Assembly (NCBI RefSeq): GCF_014698145.1
Contig: NZ_JACJSM010000001.1
Coordinates: 88,633-152,632 of the forward strand
DNA length: 64,000 nt
Direction: 5' to 3'
DNA from: Oscillatoria sp. FACHB-1406
Lineage (GTDB): Bacteria; Cyanobacteriota; Cyanobacteriia; Cyanobacteriales; Spirulinaceae
Below are positions 47,898-59,655 of the stretch, piece after piece. Numbering within the stretch: the first letter of the stretch is position 1; every line of letters starts with the position of its first letter. Made by a program: the position numbers and the translations under genes. The notes under the pieces were generated by a model. That model was not told the origin of the DNA, did not search any database, and saw nothing but the letters and a program-made list of their open reading frames with translations.

Positions 47898-48263
47898 CTA
47901 GTCGATGATTTCTCCGGTCTTTTTCAGCATCCGCACTTTACGACCGTCTTCAGTGAAGGTGTAAGCGATGCGGCTGGCGACTTTTTCTTTAGTGGAATAG
48001 AGCATGACATTGGAACTGTGAATGGGCGCTTCAAAAGTGTCGATGCGTCCGGATTCGCCTTCCTGTTGCGGCTTGACGTGCTTGGTTCTAATGTTCACGC
48101 CTTTGACAACGACTTTGCTCTGGGTAGGAATGCTTTTGAGAATTTCTCCGACTTTACCCTTGTCGCGACCGGCGATGATTTGCACGGTATCGCCTTTTTT
48201 AACGTGCATTTTGTAGCGTTGGGTTTGAGATTTTGCCGATTTACCCGGTTTTGTTGCGGCCAT
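47898..48263 (-). CDS. rplX: 50S ribosomal protein L24
   Basis: 121 aa with a KOW motif ([19 protein letters not shown]). Confidence 0.9.
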   Translation of the reverse strand: MAATKPGKSAKSQTQRYKMHVKKGDTVQIIAGRDKGKVGEILKSIPTQSKVVVKGVNIRTKHVKPQQEGESGRIDTFEAPIHSSNVMLYSTKEKVASRIAYTFTEDGRKVRMLKKTGEIID

Positions 48264-48268
48264 TTAAT

Positions 48269-48637
48269 TTAAATTACCTCTGGAGCAAGAGAGACGATTT
48301 TGGTAAAGTTTTTTTCGCGCAGTTCGCGAGCAATAGGCCCGAAGACGCGCGTCCCTTTAGGATTACCGTCTTGGTTAATAATGACGGCGGCGTTATCGTC
48401 AAAACGGATGCTCATACCGCTGTCGCGACGAACCGATTGCCGGGTGCGGACGACGACGGCGCGAACGACATCGGATTTTTTGACCCCCATATTGGGGATG
48501 GCATCCTTGACGACGGCGATAATTTCATCGCCGATGCCAGCATAGCGGCAGTTGCCGGTGCCGAGAACCCGCAGGCACATTAGTTTTTTGGCCCCGCTAT
48601 TGTCGGCGACGTTGAGGTAGGTTTGTTGTTGGATCAT
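48269..48637 (-). CDS. rplN: 50S ribosomal protein L14
   Basis: 122 aa ([18 protein letters not shown]). Confidence 0.9.
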   Translation of the reverse strand: MIQQQTYLNVADNSGAKKLMCLRVLGTGNCRYAGIGDEIIAVVKDAIPNMGVKKSDVVRAVVVRTRQSVRRDSGMSIRFDDNAAVIINQDGNPKGTRVFGPIARELREKNFTKIVSLAPEVI

Positions 48638-48698
48638 GGTTCGTTCGGTGGACGGTGAATGGGGGCAGCGGGCGCAATTTAGGGTTAACGCTTCGCGG

Positions 48699-48947
48699 TT
48701 ATTCGTTCGCCGAACTAAGGATTTCAGCGACTTTCCAGCGCTTGGTGCGACTGAGAGGGCGCGTTTCTTGAATGCGGACGCGATCGCCTTCTTTGCACTG
48801 ATTTTCTTCGTCGTGGGCTTTATAGCGCTTGGTTTTAACGACGATTTTTCCGTATTTGGGGTGGGGAGAGCGATTTTCGATCGCGACGACGACGGTCTTA
48901 TCCATCTTGTCGCTCACGACGACTCCCACGCGTTCTTTAACTGCCAT
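48699..48947 (-). CDS. rpsQ: 30S ribosomal protein S17
   Basis: 82 aa. Confidence 0.9.
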   Translation of the reverse strand: MAVKERVGVVVSDKMDKTVVVAIENRSPHPKYGKIVVKTKRYKAHDEENQCKEGDRVRIQETRPLSRTKRWKVAEILSSANE

Positions 48948-48953
48948 TGGCGT

Positions 48954-49211
48954 TTACTCCTCCTCGGTGGCGGGGGCGGTTTGGGCGATGGACGGGGCTG
49001 CTTCTCGCTGGGCGGCGATTTCCCGTTCTCGTTCGACGGTTAAAAGTTGGGAGATGCGATGCTTCAAGTGCTTGAACTCGTGAGTTTTTTCGAGTTGGCG
49101 CGTGGCTTGTTGCAGGCGCAAGGTAAAGAGTTGGCGCTTGGCCGCGATAATTTCGTCGCTCAATTCGTCGTCGCTGAGTTTGCGCGCGTCTTCAATCTTC
49201 GGAAAAGCCAT
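48954..49211 (-). CDS. rpmC: 50S ribosomal protein L29 (with C-terminal Ala/Glu-rich extension)
   Basis: 85 aa. The L29 core ELSDEIIAAKRQLFTLRLQQATRQLE is followed by a ~20-aa tail. Confidence 0.85.
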   Translation of the reverse strand: MAFPKIEDARKLSDDELSDEIIAAKRQLFTLRLQQATRQLEKTHEFKHLKHRISQLLTVEREREIAAQREAAPSIAQTAPATEEE

Positions 49212-49214
49212 GAT

Positions 49215-49634
49215 TTAGGTATACTCCTGCTCTCGAGTCACGAATTTAGTCTTAATCGGCAGTTTTTGCATGGCAAGACGCATGGCTTCGCGAGCGATTT
49301 CTTCAGAAACACCGGCCATCTCAAACATAATCCGGCCGGGTTTGACGACGGCAACCCAGAATTCAGGAGAGCCTTTCCCGGAACCCATCCGGGTTTCAGC
49401 GGCTCGCATGGTTACGGGTTTGTCGGGGAAGATGCGAATCCAGATTTTTCCCCCCCGGCGAACGTATCGAGTCATCGCCCGACGGGCGGCTTCGATTTGA
49501 CGCGCGGTAATCCAGGCCGGTTCGGTTGCTTGCAAGCCGAAGTCGCCGAAATTGAGCGTGCTGCCTTGGGTGGAGAGGCCTTTCATGCGTCCGCGTTGCT
49601 GTTTGCGGAATTTAGTGCGTTTGGGGCTTAACAT
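49215..49634 (-). CDS. rplP: 50S ribosomal protein L16
   Basis: 139 aa ([19 protein letters not shown]). Confidence 0.9.
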   Translation of the reverse strand: MLSPKRTKFRKQQRGRMKGLSTQGSTLNFGDFGLQATEPAWITARQIEAARRAMTRYVRRGGKIWIRIFPDKPVTMRAAETRMGSGKGSPEFWVAVVKPGRIMFEMAGVSEEIAREAMRLAMQKLPIKTKFVTREQEYT

Positions 49635-49685
49635 GGTTGGGTGCGATCTGCGATCGGGGTCGGTGATTTAAGGAATTCGGGCAAA

Positions 49686-50435
49686 CTATTCCGAGCGGTC
49701 TTCAAACTGCTGGCGGCGGCGCTGGCGGCGCGGCGTTTGCACGGGGGCGGCGGCGGGCGCTTCTTCAGTACCGGGAATAATTTCGCCTTTGAACACCCAA
49801 ACTTTAATGCCGAGGATGCCGTAAATAGTCAGGGCGGTTCGATAAGCGTAGTCGATATCGGCTCTCAAGGTGTGCAGTGGCACGCTCCCTTCGAGGGTGG
49901 ATTCAGTCCGCGCGATTTCCGCACCGTTCAAGCGACCGCTCACTTGAACTTTAATCCCTTGCACTTCGGCTTTGAGGGCGCGTTGGATGGCTTGACGCAC
50001 GACGCGACGGAAAGAAACCCGCCGTTCGAGTTGCTGGGCGATGTATTCGGCAATCAAACCGGCATCAGCATCGACGCGGGAGACTTCCACGACGTTAACG
50101 CGAATTTGTCGGTTGCCGCCGAGGAATTCTTGCAGTCCGGCGCGCAGGGAGTCGATTCCACTGCCGCCGCGACCGACAACTACACCGGGACGAGCGGTAT
50201 GAATTTCGAGATCGATCTGGTCGGCTTTGCGTTCGATACGAACTTCAGAAATGCCCGCGTAGGTCTGGTTTTTACCCTGACCGGAGCTTTTATTGAGAGT
50301 TTGCTCGACGTATTGACGAATTTTACGGTCTTCTTTTAAAAGTTCTGGATAGCGTTTGGTGTCGGCATACCAGCGCGACCGATGTTCTTTAGTAATGCCG
50401 AGGCGAAAGCCTCTCGGGTGTATTTTTTGTCCCAC
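49686..50435 (-). CDS. rpsC: 30S ribosomal protein S3 (GTG start; ORF-track start at 50492 is an extension)
   Basis: The conserved N-terminus [15 protein letters not shown] begins at GTG 50433..50435, preceded by GAGGA. This removes the overlap with rplV. Confidence 0.9.
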   Translation of the reverse strand: MGQKIHPRGFRLGITKEHRSRWYADTKRYPELLKEDRKIRQYVEQTLNKSSGQGKNQTYAGISEVRIERKADQIDLEIHTARPGVVVGRGGSGIDSLRAGLQEFLGGNRQIRVNVVEVSRVDADAGLIAEYIAQQLERRVSFRRVVRQAIQRALKAEVQGIKVQVSGRLNGAEIARTESTLEGSVPLHTLRADIDYAYRTALTIYGILGIKVWVFKGEIIPGTEEAPAAAPVQTPRRQRRRQQFEDRSE

Positions 50436-50449
50436 AACTATTTTCCTCG

Positions 50450-50809
50450 TTATTCCTCGACGTTGGGAGCTACCGCGACGGTAATATGGCACGTCGGTTT
50501 GCGAATTTGGTAGGCGCGTCCTTGCGCTCTGGGGCGGAAGCGTCTCAAGCTTGGCCCTTGGTCGGCGTAGGCCGAACTCACGGTCAGGGTGGCGGGGTCG
50601 TAGCCGTTGTTATGTTCGGCATTGGCGACAGCCGACCGCAAGACTTTGAGGACGGGTTCGCAGGCGCGATAGGGCATAAATTCGAGAATAATGAGGGCTT
50701 CTCGATAGGAGCGACCGCGAATTTGGTCGAGAACCCGCCGTACTTTGTGGGGGGACATCCGAATATAGCGCGCGATCGCTTTAACTTCTTCTTGGGTACT
50801 AACAGCCAT
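50450..50809 (-). CDS. rplV: 50S ribosomal protein L22
   Basis: 119 aa. Confidence 0.9.
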   Translation of the reverse strand: MAVSTQEEVKAIARYIRMSPHKVRRVLDQIRGRSYREALIILEFMPYRACEPVLKVLRSAVANAEHNNGYDPATLTVSSAYADQGPSLRRFRPRAQGRAYQIRKPTCHITVAVAPNVEE

Positions 50810-50858
50810 ACTTTCTCCTTATCGGGTTGCGAACGAGTTCTTAACCCTCATTTCTTCT

Positions 50859-51140
50859 TTATCTGCGTCCGGCTTTTTTGTCGCTCTTGGCATGACCTCG
50901 GAACGTCCGCGTCGGTGCAAACTCTCCTAATTTATGACCGACCATTTGCTCGGAAATAAATACGGGGACGTGCTGGCGACCGTTGTGAACGGCGATGGTA
51001 TGCCCGACCATTTGCGGTAGGACGGTGGAGGCTCTCGACCAAGTTTTGATCACTCGTTTCTCATTCTTGGCGTTAAGCTGTTCGATTTTCGACAGCAGGC
51101 TGTCGGCAATAAATGGACCTTTTTTGAGAGAACGACCCAT
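50859..51140 (-). CDS. rpsS: 30S ribosomal protein S19 (start at Met of [10 protein letters not shown])
   Basis: The conserved S19 N-terminus [16 protein letters not shown] begins at 51140. The ORF-track start at 51182 adds 14 non-conserved residues. Confidence 0.9.
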   Translation of the reverse strand: MGRSLKKGPFIADSLLSKIEQLNAKNEKRVIKTWSRASTVLPQMVGHTIAVHNGRQHVPVFISEQMVGHKLGEFAPTRTFRGHAKSDKKAGRR

Positions 51141-51204
51141 AGTTTGGATATGTGAACGATAAGGGCGGGCAAGCGATCGCAACTCGAGGCTCGCACCGCG
51201 TTTT

Positions 51205-52041
51205 CTATTGACCGGTGTTGCGACGGCGCACGATTAAAGCACTACTCTGCTTTTTCCGCTTGCGTGTCTTCATTCCCAGTGCTGGTTTGCCCCAAGGGGT
51301 AACCGGGCCGCTGCGACCAATCGGCGCGCGACCTTCGCCACCGCCGTGGGGGTGGTCTACTGGGTTCATGGCGCTACCGCGAACGTGAGGTCTCTTGCCT
51401 AAGCGACGGGTACGCCCTGCTTTACCCAAACTTAAGTTGCGAATTTCGGCATTGCCGACGCGACCGATGGTGGCGTAGCATTCGCGACGTACCATACGGA
51501 CTTCTTTGGAGGGCAATCTCAGGGTTACATAGTCTCCTTCTTTAGCGACGACTTGGGCTGCACCGCCTGCGGCACGAACGATTTGACCGCCGCGTCCAGC
51601 GACGAGTTCGATATTATGCACGTCGGTTCCCAAGGGAATCTTCGCTAAAGGTAGGGCGTTACCCGTTTCAAAGGGTGAATCGGGGCCGGAAATAATGCTA
51701 TCGCCGACTTTTAAGCCTGCCGGTGCGAGAATGTAGCGCTTTTCTCCATCTTGGTAGTAGAGAAGCGCAATTCTGGCATTGCGGTTGGGATCGTACTCGA
51801 TCGCTGCCACTTTTGCCGGGACGTTAAGTTTATCTCTGCGAAAGTCAATCTCGCGGTAGAGACGTTTGTGTCCGCCCCCGCGATGGCGACTGGTAACGAC
51901 ACCGCGATTGTTACGCCCTCGTTTGCGATGTTTATATCGCGTTAGAGATTTTTCTGGCTCGGTTTTGGTCACTTCAGCAAAGTCAGAGACGCTGGCTTGC
52001 CGAGTTCCGGGGGTCATTGGCCGGTAAGTACGAATACCCAT
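51205..52041 (-). CDS. rplB: 50S ribosomal protein L2
   Basis: 278 aa. Confidence 0.9.
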   Translation of the reverse strand: MGIRTYRPMTPGTRQASVSDFAEVTKTEPEKSLTRYKHRKRGRNNRGVVTSRHRGGGHKRLYREIDFRRDKLNVPAKVAAIEYDPNRNARIALLYYQDGEKRYILAPAGLKVGDSIISGPDSPFETGNALPLAKIPLGTDVHNIELVAGRGGQIVRAAGGAAQVVAKEGDYVTLRLPSKEVRMVRRECYATIGRVGNAEIRNLSLGKAGRTRRLGKRPHVRGSAMNPVDHPHGGGEGRAPIGRSGPVTPWGKPALGMKTRKRKKQSSALIVRRRNTGQ

Positions 52042-52105
52042 TGCAATTGTATTTGAGCGATTTGGGGTTTAGACTCGAAAAGGCACTCGCCACGGAGCAA
52101 GTTTC

Positions 52106-52414
52106 CTAGACTTCTGGGAAGAGGATGGGTTGCAGCGAGTCTTCCGCCGCAAGTGTGACGATCGCGCGTTTGTAAAGCGGCTTATAACCAATAAACTTGC
52201 CGACGCGCTTCTTTTTCCGGGGCGGACGCAATGTATTCACTTTCGTCACCTTTACCGAAAACAAACCTTCGATCGCTGCCTTAATTTCTGGCTTAGTGGC
52301 TTGGAGCGCTACGTCAAAAACGTACTTATTTTGCTCCATGAGCATCGTTGCTTTCTCGGTGACAATCGGTTTCAACACGAGGTCGGCGAGATCGCGAGGA
52401 TTGGTCTTAATCAC
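52106..52414 (-). CDS. rplW: 50S ribosomal protein L23
   Basis: 102 aa. Confidence 0.9.
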   Translation of the reverse strand: MIKTNPRDLADLVLKPIVTEKATMLMEQNKYVFDVALQATKPEIKAAIEGLFSVKVTKVNTLRPPRKKKRVGKFIGYKPLYKRAIVTLAAEDSLQPILFPEV

Positions 52415-53066
52415 TGTAAACCTCCTGGATTTTTTGCAGCGCCAGGTTCGTTGTTACAATTTTGTCGGCGTTTAAGAGATCGTAAACGTTGAGAGCGGTG
52501 GCTAAAATCATCTTCAAATTCTCGACATTCCGCCCGGACAAATAAATGTTTTCGGATTTCTCGGGTAAAATCAGCAACACCTTCTCGTCGGGACTGGCTC
52601 CCCAACGCGCGAGGGCTGAAAGCAAATCCTTAGTTTTCGGTCGCGATAACTGTTCGCCAAACTCTTCAACGACAATTAAATCTTCGACGCGGTTTTGGAG
52701 AGCAGTACGCAGTGCCAATCGCCGCTCTTTGCGATTCATTTTTTGACTGTAATCTCTGGGCTTAGGACCAAAAATTACGCCGCCGCCCCGCCAGAGCGGA
52801 GAGCGGTTGGAGCCAGCGCGCGCCCGTCCCGTTCCCTTTTGTCGCCAAGGTTTGCGACCGCCCCCTCGGACTTCCGAGCGGGTTTTGGTGGAAGCTGTTC
52901 CTTGGCGGGCGTTGGCGAGGTGACGCACCAGCGCGCGGTGGACGATGTGCGCGGCATTTTCTTCTTTGGCTGCGCTCAATTCAAAGGATGCTTCTCCCGC
53001 CTCTTCGCCCTGCCAGTTTTTTACTACACAAGTAACCATGATTTTAAACTTGCTACTTTCCAACAA
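52407..53066 (-). CDS. rplD: 50S ribosomal protein L4
   Basis: 219 aa. It overlaps rplW by 8 nt and rplC by 14 nt. Confidence 0.9.
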   Translation of the reverse strand: MLESSKFKIMVTCVVKNWQGEEAGEASFELSAAKEENAAHIVHRALVRHLANARQGTASTKTRSEVRGGGRKPWRQKGTGRARAGSNRSPLWRGGGVIFGPKPRDYSQKMNRKERRLALRTALQNRVEDLIVVEEFGEQLSRPKTKDLLSALARWGASPDEKVLLILPEKSENIYLSGRNVENLKMILATALNVYDLLNADKIVTTNLALQKIQEVYSD

Positions 53067-53691
53067 TGTTTGCGGGGGCGATGCTCAGCAATCCGCCCGG
53101 TTTGCCGGGAACGGCTCCTTTAATCAGGATGAGATTGCGTTCGGAATCGACGCGGACGACCGAGAGCTTGCGGATGGTGACTTGCGTGCCGCCGTATCTT
53201 CCCGCTAGCTTTTTGCCGGGGAAAATGCGACCGGGCGTGGTTCCAGGACCGGTCGAACCGGGTTCGCGGTGGTTCTTCGAGCCGTGAGACATGGGGCCGC
53301 GTCTGAAGTTATGCCGCTTTTGATAGCCGGCGAAGCCTCGCCCCATGCTAATACCGGTGACATCGACCAGTTGCCCGCTGCTCAGAATATCGGCGACGAT
53401 GGACTGACCTAGCTCGTATTGAGCGGCATTCTCGAGGCGATATTCTTTTAGGTGGCGCAGGGGGACTGCATTAGCTTTTTTGAGGTGGCCTAACTCGGGT
53501 TGAGAAAGGGCTTTCTCTTTGACTTGGCTGAAACCGAGTTGAACGGCTTCGTAGCCGTCGGTTTGTTGGGTTTTGATTTGCGTAACCGTACAAGGCCCTG
53601 CTTGGATGACGGTGACGGGAATGGCAATTCCGGTCTCCGGATCGAAGATTTGGGTCATGCCGAGTTTGGTTCCGAGGATTCCGAGAGTCAC
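53053..53691 (-). CDS. rplC: 50S ribosomal protein L3 (GTG start; ORF-track start at 53883 is an extension)
   Basis: The conserved N-terminus [17 protein letters not shown] begins at GTG 53689..53691, preceded by AGAGAGGGG. Confidence 0.9.
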   Translation of the reverse strand: MTLGILGTKLGMTQIFDPETGIAIPVTVIQAGPCTVTQIKTQQTDGYEAVQLGFSQVKEKALSQPELGHLKKANAVPLRHLKEYRLENAAQYELGQSIVADILSSGQLVDVTGISMGRGFAGYQKRHNFRRGPMSHGSKNHREPGSTGPGTTPGRIFPGKKLAGRYGGTQVTIRKLSVVRVDSERNLILIKGAVPGKPGGLLSIAPANIVGK

Positions 53692-54141
53692 GGATTTACC
53701 CCTCTCTTTCTTAAGTAGACAACAGGAAGTTTTGAGATGCGGCTTGACGGACAGCAAGCAACTGACCGCCCAGCGACCGACACGGGAAAGCTTCCCATTC
53801 CGGCAAGGGCGGGATGCCATTCTCGATCTCTGGATTGCTGCAAAACGGATAGCCCGGGGAGAGTGTAATATACCCTTCTCCATCGCTGCGGACTAATTCG
53901 ATTGCCTGCGATCGCTCCCGACTTAAGGATTGCAATCCTCAGTTTCCGAAGCAAGGCAAAACTCAACGCCAGAGCGTTACACGCTTTTTGAGTTCAGCTA
54001 GAATGACGCGAGGGTATTTCAGCCGAACCCCGTTGAGGTCACAATTTGCTATCCTATCGCACTTATGGCCTCTTGTCAAGCACCTTAAAAGTAATTTAAT
54101 CGATAAGTGCGATCGCTTCGGGCTGCCGCGAAAGCACTAAT

Positions 54142-55014
54142 TTAAAGATATTTCTGCAATAACAGTTCGAGCTTCTCTTTTGTTGCAGCAGGAGCGCGAT
54201 CGAGCGGCGTTAAAATAGCGTATTTTAGTGCGGAGTGGGCATCGGACGGGGGAAAGTTCTCGCTCAATCGGCGCACGGTTTCTCGGACGATCTTCTGGGC
54301 GTTAGCGGCGTTTTGCTGGAGGTTAGCAATCACCATCTCAACGGTTACGTGGTCGTGTTCGGGATGCCAGCAGTCGTAATCGGTAACGAGGGCCAAGGTT
54401 GTATAGGCAATTTCAGCTTCCCGGGCGAGTTTGGCTTCGGTCAAGTTGGTCATGCCGATTACACTAGCTCCCCAACTGCGATAAAGATTGGATTCTGCTT
54501 TCGTCGAAAAAGCAGGACCTTCCATGCAAATATAAGTTCCGCCGCGATGTAGGGTAACATCGGGGAGATTCAAACTCGCGATCGCGTCGGCAACAACACC
54601 AGCTAAATTGGGGCAGATTGGCTCGCCGAAGCCAACGTGAGCGACAATCCCCTCGCCAAAAAAGCTGGCGATGCGATGTTGAGTGCGATCGATAAATTGG
54701 TCGGGAATCACTAAATCGAGGGGCTTCACTTCTTCGGCGAGGGAACCCACTGCCGATGCTGACAGAATGTACTCAACGCCCAACTGCTTGAAGGCGTGGA
54801 TATTAGCGCGGAAAGGGATTTCTGAGGGGGTGAGGTGATGATTGCGTCCGTGGCGCGCTAAAAAGACAACCGGTTCGCCTTCTAACTTCCCAACAAGTAA
54901 CGCATCTGATGGCGAGCCGAAGGGCGTATTGAGGATAATTTTTTCGACCTCTTGCAACGCCTCCATTTTGTAAAGACCGCTGCCACCAATAATGCCAATT
55001 CTTGCTGTCACCAT
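54142..55014 (-). CDS. mtnP: S-methyl-5'-thioadenosine phosphorylase
   Basis: 290 aa of the PNP/MTAP family ([39 protein letters not shown]). Confidence 0.8.
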   Translation of the reverse strand: MVTARIGIIGGSGLYKMEALQEVEKIILNTPFGSPSDALLVGKLEGEPVVFLARHGRNHHLTPSEIPFRANIHAFKQLGVEYILSASAVGSLAEEVKPLDLVIPDQFIDRTQHRIASFFGEGIVAHVGFGEPICPNLAGVVADAIASLNLPDVTLHRGGTYICMEGPAFSTKAESNLYRSWGASVIGMTNLTEAKLAREAEIAYTTLALVTDYDCWHPEHDHVTVEMVIANLQQNAANAQKIVRETVRRLSENFPPSDAHSALKYAILTPLDRAPAATKEKLELLLQKYL

Positions 55015-55023
55015 ATGTTTTGC

Positions 55024-55599
55024 CTAGGCTTTCTCTAAAGTATGAAGGTATTGCCACCAACGATTGAGCGGGTAGTAAATGACCGGGGCCCACAAGCTAC
55101 TAAGGAGCGCGCAAATCGGGGTCACTTTTTGATGGGCGAGCCATATCTGAGCCAAGTTCCAGGAACCGTATTGCTCGTAATTAAACAATAGAAATTGAAG
55201 GGCGGTAATCGCTTCGGCAAGGGGAACCATCCCCAAAACCAACAGCGAGATCGCAATAATATCTTCTTGGCGATCGCCGAGTCTAGTATAGCCTTGTTTG
55301 TAGAGACGCGCTGATAAAAAACCAACGCAGCCCAGACTCAGCGCATGAGTGGGATAAGCCGCTGTCATGCCATCGAGAATCAATCCTAGCGCTAAACCCG
55401 CCATCGCGCCCTGAAATGGCAATCGCTTGGCGCTCCAAACCACAACCCAAATCAACACCCAATCCGGTTTCACTCCCACTAACTCGGTTCCCGGCAAACG
55501 CATCGGCAGCAACAACAAACAGATTAACGCCGAGCCGATAATGACGGCCCAATTCAACAGTTTGCGAAGATTTGGGGGGAGTTGTGAGACCTCGATCAT
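55024..55599 (-). CDS. mreD: rod shape-determining protein MreD (polytopic membrane protein)
   Basis: 191 aa, 5 TM segments, immediately downstream of mreB-mreC. Confidence 0.65.
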   Translation of the reverse strand: MIEVSQLPPNLRKLLNWAVIIGSALICLLLLPMRLPGTELVGVKPDWVLIWVVVWSAKRLPFQGAMAGLALGLILDGMTAAYPTHALSLGCVGFLSARLYKQGYTRLGDRQEDIIAISLLVLGMVPLAEAITALQFLLFNYEQYGSWNLAQIWLAHQKVTPICALLSSLWAPVIYYPLNRWWQYLHTLEKA

Positions 55600-55752
55600 T
55601 ACGGAGATTTAGAGAAGTGAAATTGTGACATACTCCTGACGCTCGCGCTACCGATCGCCGAGAGCGACGGTTTCTCAGTGACCTCCCGGCAACCCATCGG
55701 GCGTATCCTGAGCTTTAAGAACGGGATGCCCAACCGCTCTATATTTTTAGAT

Positions 55753-56496
55753 TTATTGACCTTGATAGGGATGAACGACCACCCATTCTAAGTAATCCAT
55801 CGGAGCGCTTAGCTTGACAACAACTTCTGGAGCGGGACTTTTTTCCAGGTCTACGGTTTCGACAAAGCCGACGGGCGTTCCAGGGGGATATAAATGACTC
55901 ACTGAAGAAGTCAAGATTTTATCGCCCGGTTTGACGTTCGGCACTTTGTTGAAAAATTCCATAACAACCTTTTCCGAGCTTGCGCCGCGCAAAAAGCCCA
56001 TTTCTCGAGTGCGACCGACCATCGCCCCGACGCGACTGGTGGGGTCGCTAGCGAGTAGAACGCGACTGGTATTCGGGGTCACTTGTATAATGCGACCCAC
56101 TAAACCGCCCGGGCCGGTCACGATATAACCGACCTTAATTCCTTCTTCGCTACCCCGTCCCAAGGTCACTTGATTCCACCAGCGATCGACACTACGACCG
56201 ACAACGGGCGCGGTGAGCGAGGGGAGTTTTTGCTTTTCGGTATACTTAAGGATTTGTTTGAGTTGTTCGTTTTGTTGTTCGAGTTCGTCAACTTCTGCTT
56301 GCAATTCTTCAACGCGAGCATTGGTCAAACGTTCTTCGGGTAGGGGACGGGGTTGCAAGGGGCGAACCATCCAGTAATATAATTCTGAGACGACGGCTCC
56401 TTGGGTCTGGCGGATGAATAGGGCGGTTCCGATAACCAGAACGGTTAAAAAAACTTGGGAGCCATAACGATCCCACCAGCGGCGTACTGTAAACAT
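55753..56496 (-). CDS. mreC: rod shape-determining protein MreC
   Basis: 247 aa with an N-terminal TM helix, a coiled coil (ELQAEVDELEQQNEQLKQ) and an MreC beta-domain. Confidence 0.8.
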   Translation of the reverse strand: MFTVRRWWDRYGSQVFLTVLVIGTALFIRQTQGAVVSELYYWMVRPLQPRPLPEERLTNARVEELQAEVDELEQQNEQLKQILKYTEKQKLPSLTAPVVGRSVDRWWNQVTLGRGSEEGIKVGYIVTGPGGLVGRIIQVTPNTSRVLLASDPTSRVGAMVGRTREMGFLRGASSEKVVMEFFNKVPNVKPGDKILTSSVSHLYPPGTPVGFVETVDLEKSPAPEVVVKLSAPMDYLEWVVVHPYQGQ

Positions 56497-56563
56497 AACT
56501 TGCGGTTCTGTTGCTTGATTTGTGCGGTCTGTTGCGTCTCTGGCTGCCCTTGGATGGCCTTGT

Positions 56564-57604
56564 TTACATCGGACGAGAGCGTGCGCTGAAGACTCGTTCG
56601 AGTTGTTTGAAGTTCTCGAGAACGCGACCTGTTCCTAGAACGACGCAGCTAAGGGGATCGGCGGCAATGTGAGTGACGATTCCAGTTTCGTGACCGATGA
56701 GGGTATCGATTCCTTTGAGGAGCGCGCCGCCGCCTGCGAGCATGATACCGCGATCGATAATGTCGGCAGCGAGTTCGGGGGGCGTTCGTTCTAGGGTACG
56801 TTTGACCGCATCGACGATGACGGCGAGGGGTTCTGCCATACTCTCGCGGATTTCGGGACCTTTAATGGTGACGGTGCGCGGCAATCCGGAGAGTAAGTGC
56901 AACCCGCGCACTTCCATCATGACATCGTTGTCGCCGTCGATGGGGTAGGCCGAACCGACTTGAATTTTGATTTCTTCGGCGGTGCGTTCCCCGATGACGA
57001 GGTTATGAACTTTTTTCATGTACTGAACGATGGCTTCGCTCAGTTCGTCGCCGGCAACCCGCACCGATTCGCTTAAGACGCTACCTTGCAAGCTTAAGAC
57101 GGCAACTTCGGTGGTTCCGCCGCCGATGTCGATGATCATGTTACCTGTTGGTTCGGCAACGGGAAGCCCCGCACCAATGGCAGCAGCGACGGGTTCGTCA
57201 ATTAAGTAAACGTCTCTTGCACCGGCTTGGGATGCGGCTTCCATAACGGCGCGACGTTCGACTCCGGTGACTCCGCTGGGAATACCGATGACGATTCGCG
57301 GTGAGGAGTATTGTCCCCCGTGAACTTGGCGGATGAAGTGCTTGAGCATGAGTTCGGCGGTATCGAAGTCTGCAATTACGCCATCGCGTAGCGGGCGCAA
57401 GGCGACAACGTTACCTGGAGTCCGACCTAGCATTTTTTTGGCATCTTCGCCCACGGCTAGCGGGACTTTCATTTCGCGATCGATGGCAACAACGGAGGGT
57501 TCTTGAAGAACGATTCCTTTGCCGGATACATACACTAAGGTGTTGGCTGTTCCCAGATCGATTCCCATGTCTCTTGACCGGGAAAAGCGGTTAAAAAAAC
57601 TCAC
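56564..57604 (-). CDS. mreB: rod shape-determining protein MreB (actin homolog)
   Basis: 346 aa ([24 protein letters not shown]). Confidence 0.9.
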   Translation of the reverse strand: MSFFNRFSRSRDMGIDLGTANTLVYVSGKGIVLQEPSVVAIDREMKVPLAVGEDAKKMLGRTPGNVVALRPLRDGVIADFDTAELMLKHFIRQVHGGQYSSPRIVIGIPSGVTGVERRAVMEAASQAGARDVYLIDEPVAAAIGAGLPVAEPTGNMIIDIGGGTTEVAVLSLQGSVLSESVRVAGDELSEAIVQYMKKVHNLVIGERTAEEIKIQVGSAYPIDGDNDVMMEVRGLHLLSGLPRTVTIKGPEIRESMAEPLAVIVDAVKRTLERTPPELAADIIDRGIMLAGGGALLKGIDTLIGHETGIVTHIAADPLSCVVLGTGRVLENFKQLERVFSARSRPM

Positions 57605-57961
57605 TCGTTTCTACGCCCCCAAAAGTTTACGCGCTACGTGACCGAATGGCGCTCCGATCGGAATCTGTTCATCCAATCCGAACATCAATCGAGGTGGATT
57701 TTATTACGTTTTAGCTTCTGCGTCTAGTGCGGTATCCAAATTTATGTTAGAGTACCGCTTTTTGCCTAAGCTTTCTTTATCGATGCTGCTCGCTTGATTT
57801 GGCTTCAAAGATGAATCCGGCGAGATTATGCTATTTTCGGGGTTCCGTCGCCGGTTTCCGGAATAAAAAATGCTTTAAATCGAAGTTGCTTCTTTTCTTG
57901 ACGGGTTTGCGCTACACTGGAAACAACGATTAAATACTGATGTACCAACTAGGTTTAGCTT

Positions 57962-58324
57962 ATGAGTCTCAATATGGTTCATTTGGTCGGTCGTGCCGGT
58001 ATGAATGCCGATATTAAGTATTTTGATTCGGGGAAATCGATTGGCGAGGTGACTTTGGCAGTTCGTCGCATGAGTCGGGACGACCAACCGGATTGGTTTA
58101 ATTTAAAATTTTTCGGTAAAACGGCAGAAATTGCGAATAATTATGTGAAGAAAGGGGCGTTAATTGGCGTTCAAGGGTCTTTAAAAATAGAAACCTGGAA
58201 CGATGCAACTACGGGTTCTTTACGTTCTAAGCCGGTTATTTATGTGAGTCGTTTAGATTTATTGGGGTCGAAGCAAGATACGGAAGCGGCGGCTGCGAGT
58301 TACTCGGAAAGCGGGTATAATTGA
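57962..58324 (+). CDS. ssb: single-stranded DNA-binding protein
   Basis: 120 aa with an OB fold (MVHLVGRAGMNADIKYF.SGK.IGEV.LAVRR...DWFNLKFFGKTAEIA..YVKKGALIGVQGSL). Confidence 0.85.
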   Translation: MSLNMVHLVGRAGMNADIKYFDSGKSIGEVTLAVRRMSRDDQPDWFNLKFFGKTAEIANNYVKKGALIGVQGSLKIETWNDATTGSLRSKPVIYVSRLDLLGSKQDTEAAAASYSESGYN

Positions 58325-58463
58325 CAATGGACAATGGACAATGGACAATGAATAATTATTACTAGAATTGATAATTGATTCAAGAGCTTCAAAAACCGAT
58401 TCTACCTTATCTTATTGAGAAGTTTATCAATTATCCATTGTCCATTATCAATTATCCATTAAT
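58321..58463. repeat. GGACAAT-type palindromic element between convergent ssb and SIMPL gene (arms TTGACAATGGACAATGGACAATGGACAATGAATAATTATT / TCAATTATCCATTGTCCATTATCAATTATCCATTAAT); probable bidirectional terminator
   Basis: Two ~40-bp arms are reverse complements separated by ~60 bp. The GGACAAT unit is tandemly repeated 3x in the left arm. The right arm overlaps the stop codon of the SIMPL gene. Confidence 0.6.
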
Positions 58464-59229
58464 ACGAGATTTCTAAGGTGACGGAAGCATTAACTGCTTG
58501 GTCGCCGCCGATAACGGGGCTACTAGCTGCTTCCCCTCGCACCATCGCATTTTGTAGGTAAATTGGCGGGTTAACGTTTTGTCCGTTAATGACAATTTTG
58601 ACGATATCTTTGCGGCTGAGATTGAGGGAACTTAAGACCGCATCGGCTTGGGATTGTGCATCTTGGGTGGCTTCGCGCAGGGCTTGCTTTTGGGCGGCTG
58701 AAATGGCGCTATCCTCAGCGATGAAGCTTACGCCGTCGATGCGCGTCGCCCCAGTTTGAATCGATTCGTCCATTAATGCTCCGGCTTTTTCCGTAGGAAC
58801 GCGGAAGCTTACCGTATTTGTACCGATATAGCCGATGAGATTTTGCTGCTCGTTCCGATAGTCGTAGTTGGGTTGCAAGCTAATGCCGGTGGTTTGCAGT
58901 TGGGCGACATTGCGCGATCGCAACAAGTTAACTACGGCAGAGGTACGACTGGCAACTTCTTGTTGAACTTCAGCGGCGGTTTTGCCCCGGATTTCAACGC
59001 CGAGTTGCACGCGCGCGATGGTTGTGGGGATAACTTCTTCACCTTGTCCGGTGACGGTTAAGGTTCGCAAGGCTCGTTCTTGGGCTTCGGCGCTCATCGG
59101 GAATGCTAGGGTTAAAAGGGCAGCGGCGATCGCAATCTGTCTGGGATAATGCGATATAACGGAGAGCGAAGTAAATCGTTGGGGCAAATATAATTTCATC
59201 GTTAATTGAAGATTAAAGAATCTCCTCAC
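58459..59229 (-). CDS. SIMPL-domain (DUF541) periplasmic protein
   Basis: 256 aa with a signal peptide and the SIMPL pattern (LTVTGQGEE...A.V.LGVE..GKTA.EVQQE...). The family assignment is recalled. Confidence 0.7.
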   Translation of the reverse strand: MRRFFNLQLTMKLYLPQRFTSLSVISHYPRQIAIAAALLTLAFPMSAEAQERALRTLTVTGQGEEVIPTTIARVQLGVEIRGKTAAEVQQEVASRTSAVVNLLRSRNVAQLQTTGISLQPNYDYRNEQQNLIGYIGTNTVSFRVPTEKAGALMDESIQTGATRIDGVSFIAEDSAISAAQKQALREATQDAQSQADAVLSSLNLSRKDIVKIVINGQNVNPPIYLQNAMVRGEAASSPVIGGDQAVNASVTLEISY

Positions 59230-59655
59230 AGGTTACTAACCTTCATCGTAGGTCTCGCGGCAAAGCATCGCACCCGGGTTACAATTTTTGTAACTGAGAG
59301 GCATATTAGGCTTGGAAGCCCCTCAGAGTAAGTTTTGGGAGTTTAGGTCGAGCGAGGGCTACTTTGAGCGAAAAATTGCGTCCTTAGCTCTGTTGTAGCG
59401 AAACTTTAACATTTTCAGAGGGAAAGCAGTTTTTTTACATAATTTCTAAAAATATAATTCAATTTGCGGAAATTTATGTATCCTAAAGAATAAGCGTTTC
59501 GGCCTATTCCGGACGACTTGTAGAGTGGATAACTTTTTGGGTCTAACTCGATCGACTCCTCCAATCGGTAATTTTCTGAGCAGGAAAGATTGACTTAGAA
59601 ATAAGTTTTGCGAACCCATCTAAATCAAGTGCCAAACAAAATTGCCACCTGAAGA

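Noticed and set aside
49641-50339. 232-aa plus-strand ORF (and similar long antisense ORFs at 49047..49631, 52695..53123, 46375..46680 etc.)
   Set aside because: They lie antisense to highly conserved ribosomal protein genes. They are Gly/Ala/Phe-rich shadow ORFs produced by the GC-skewed third positions, with no homology.
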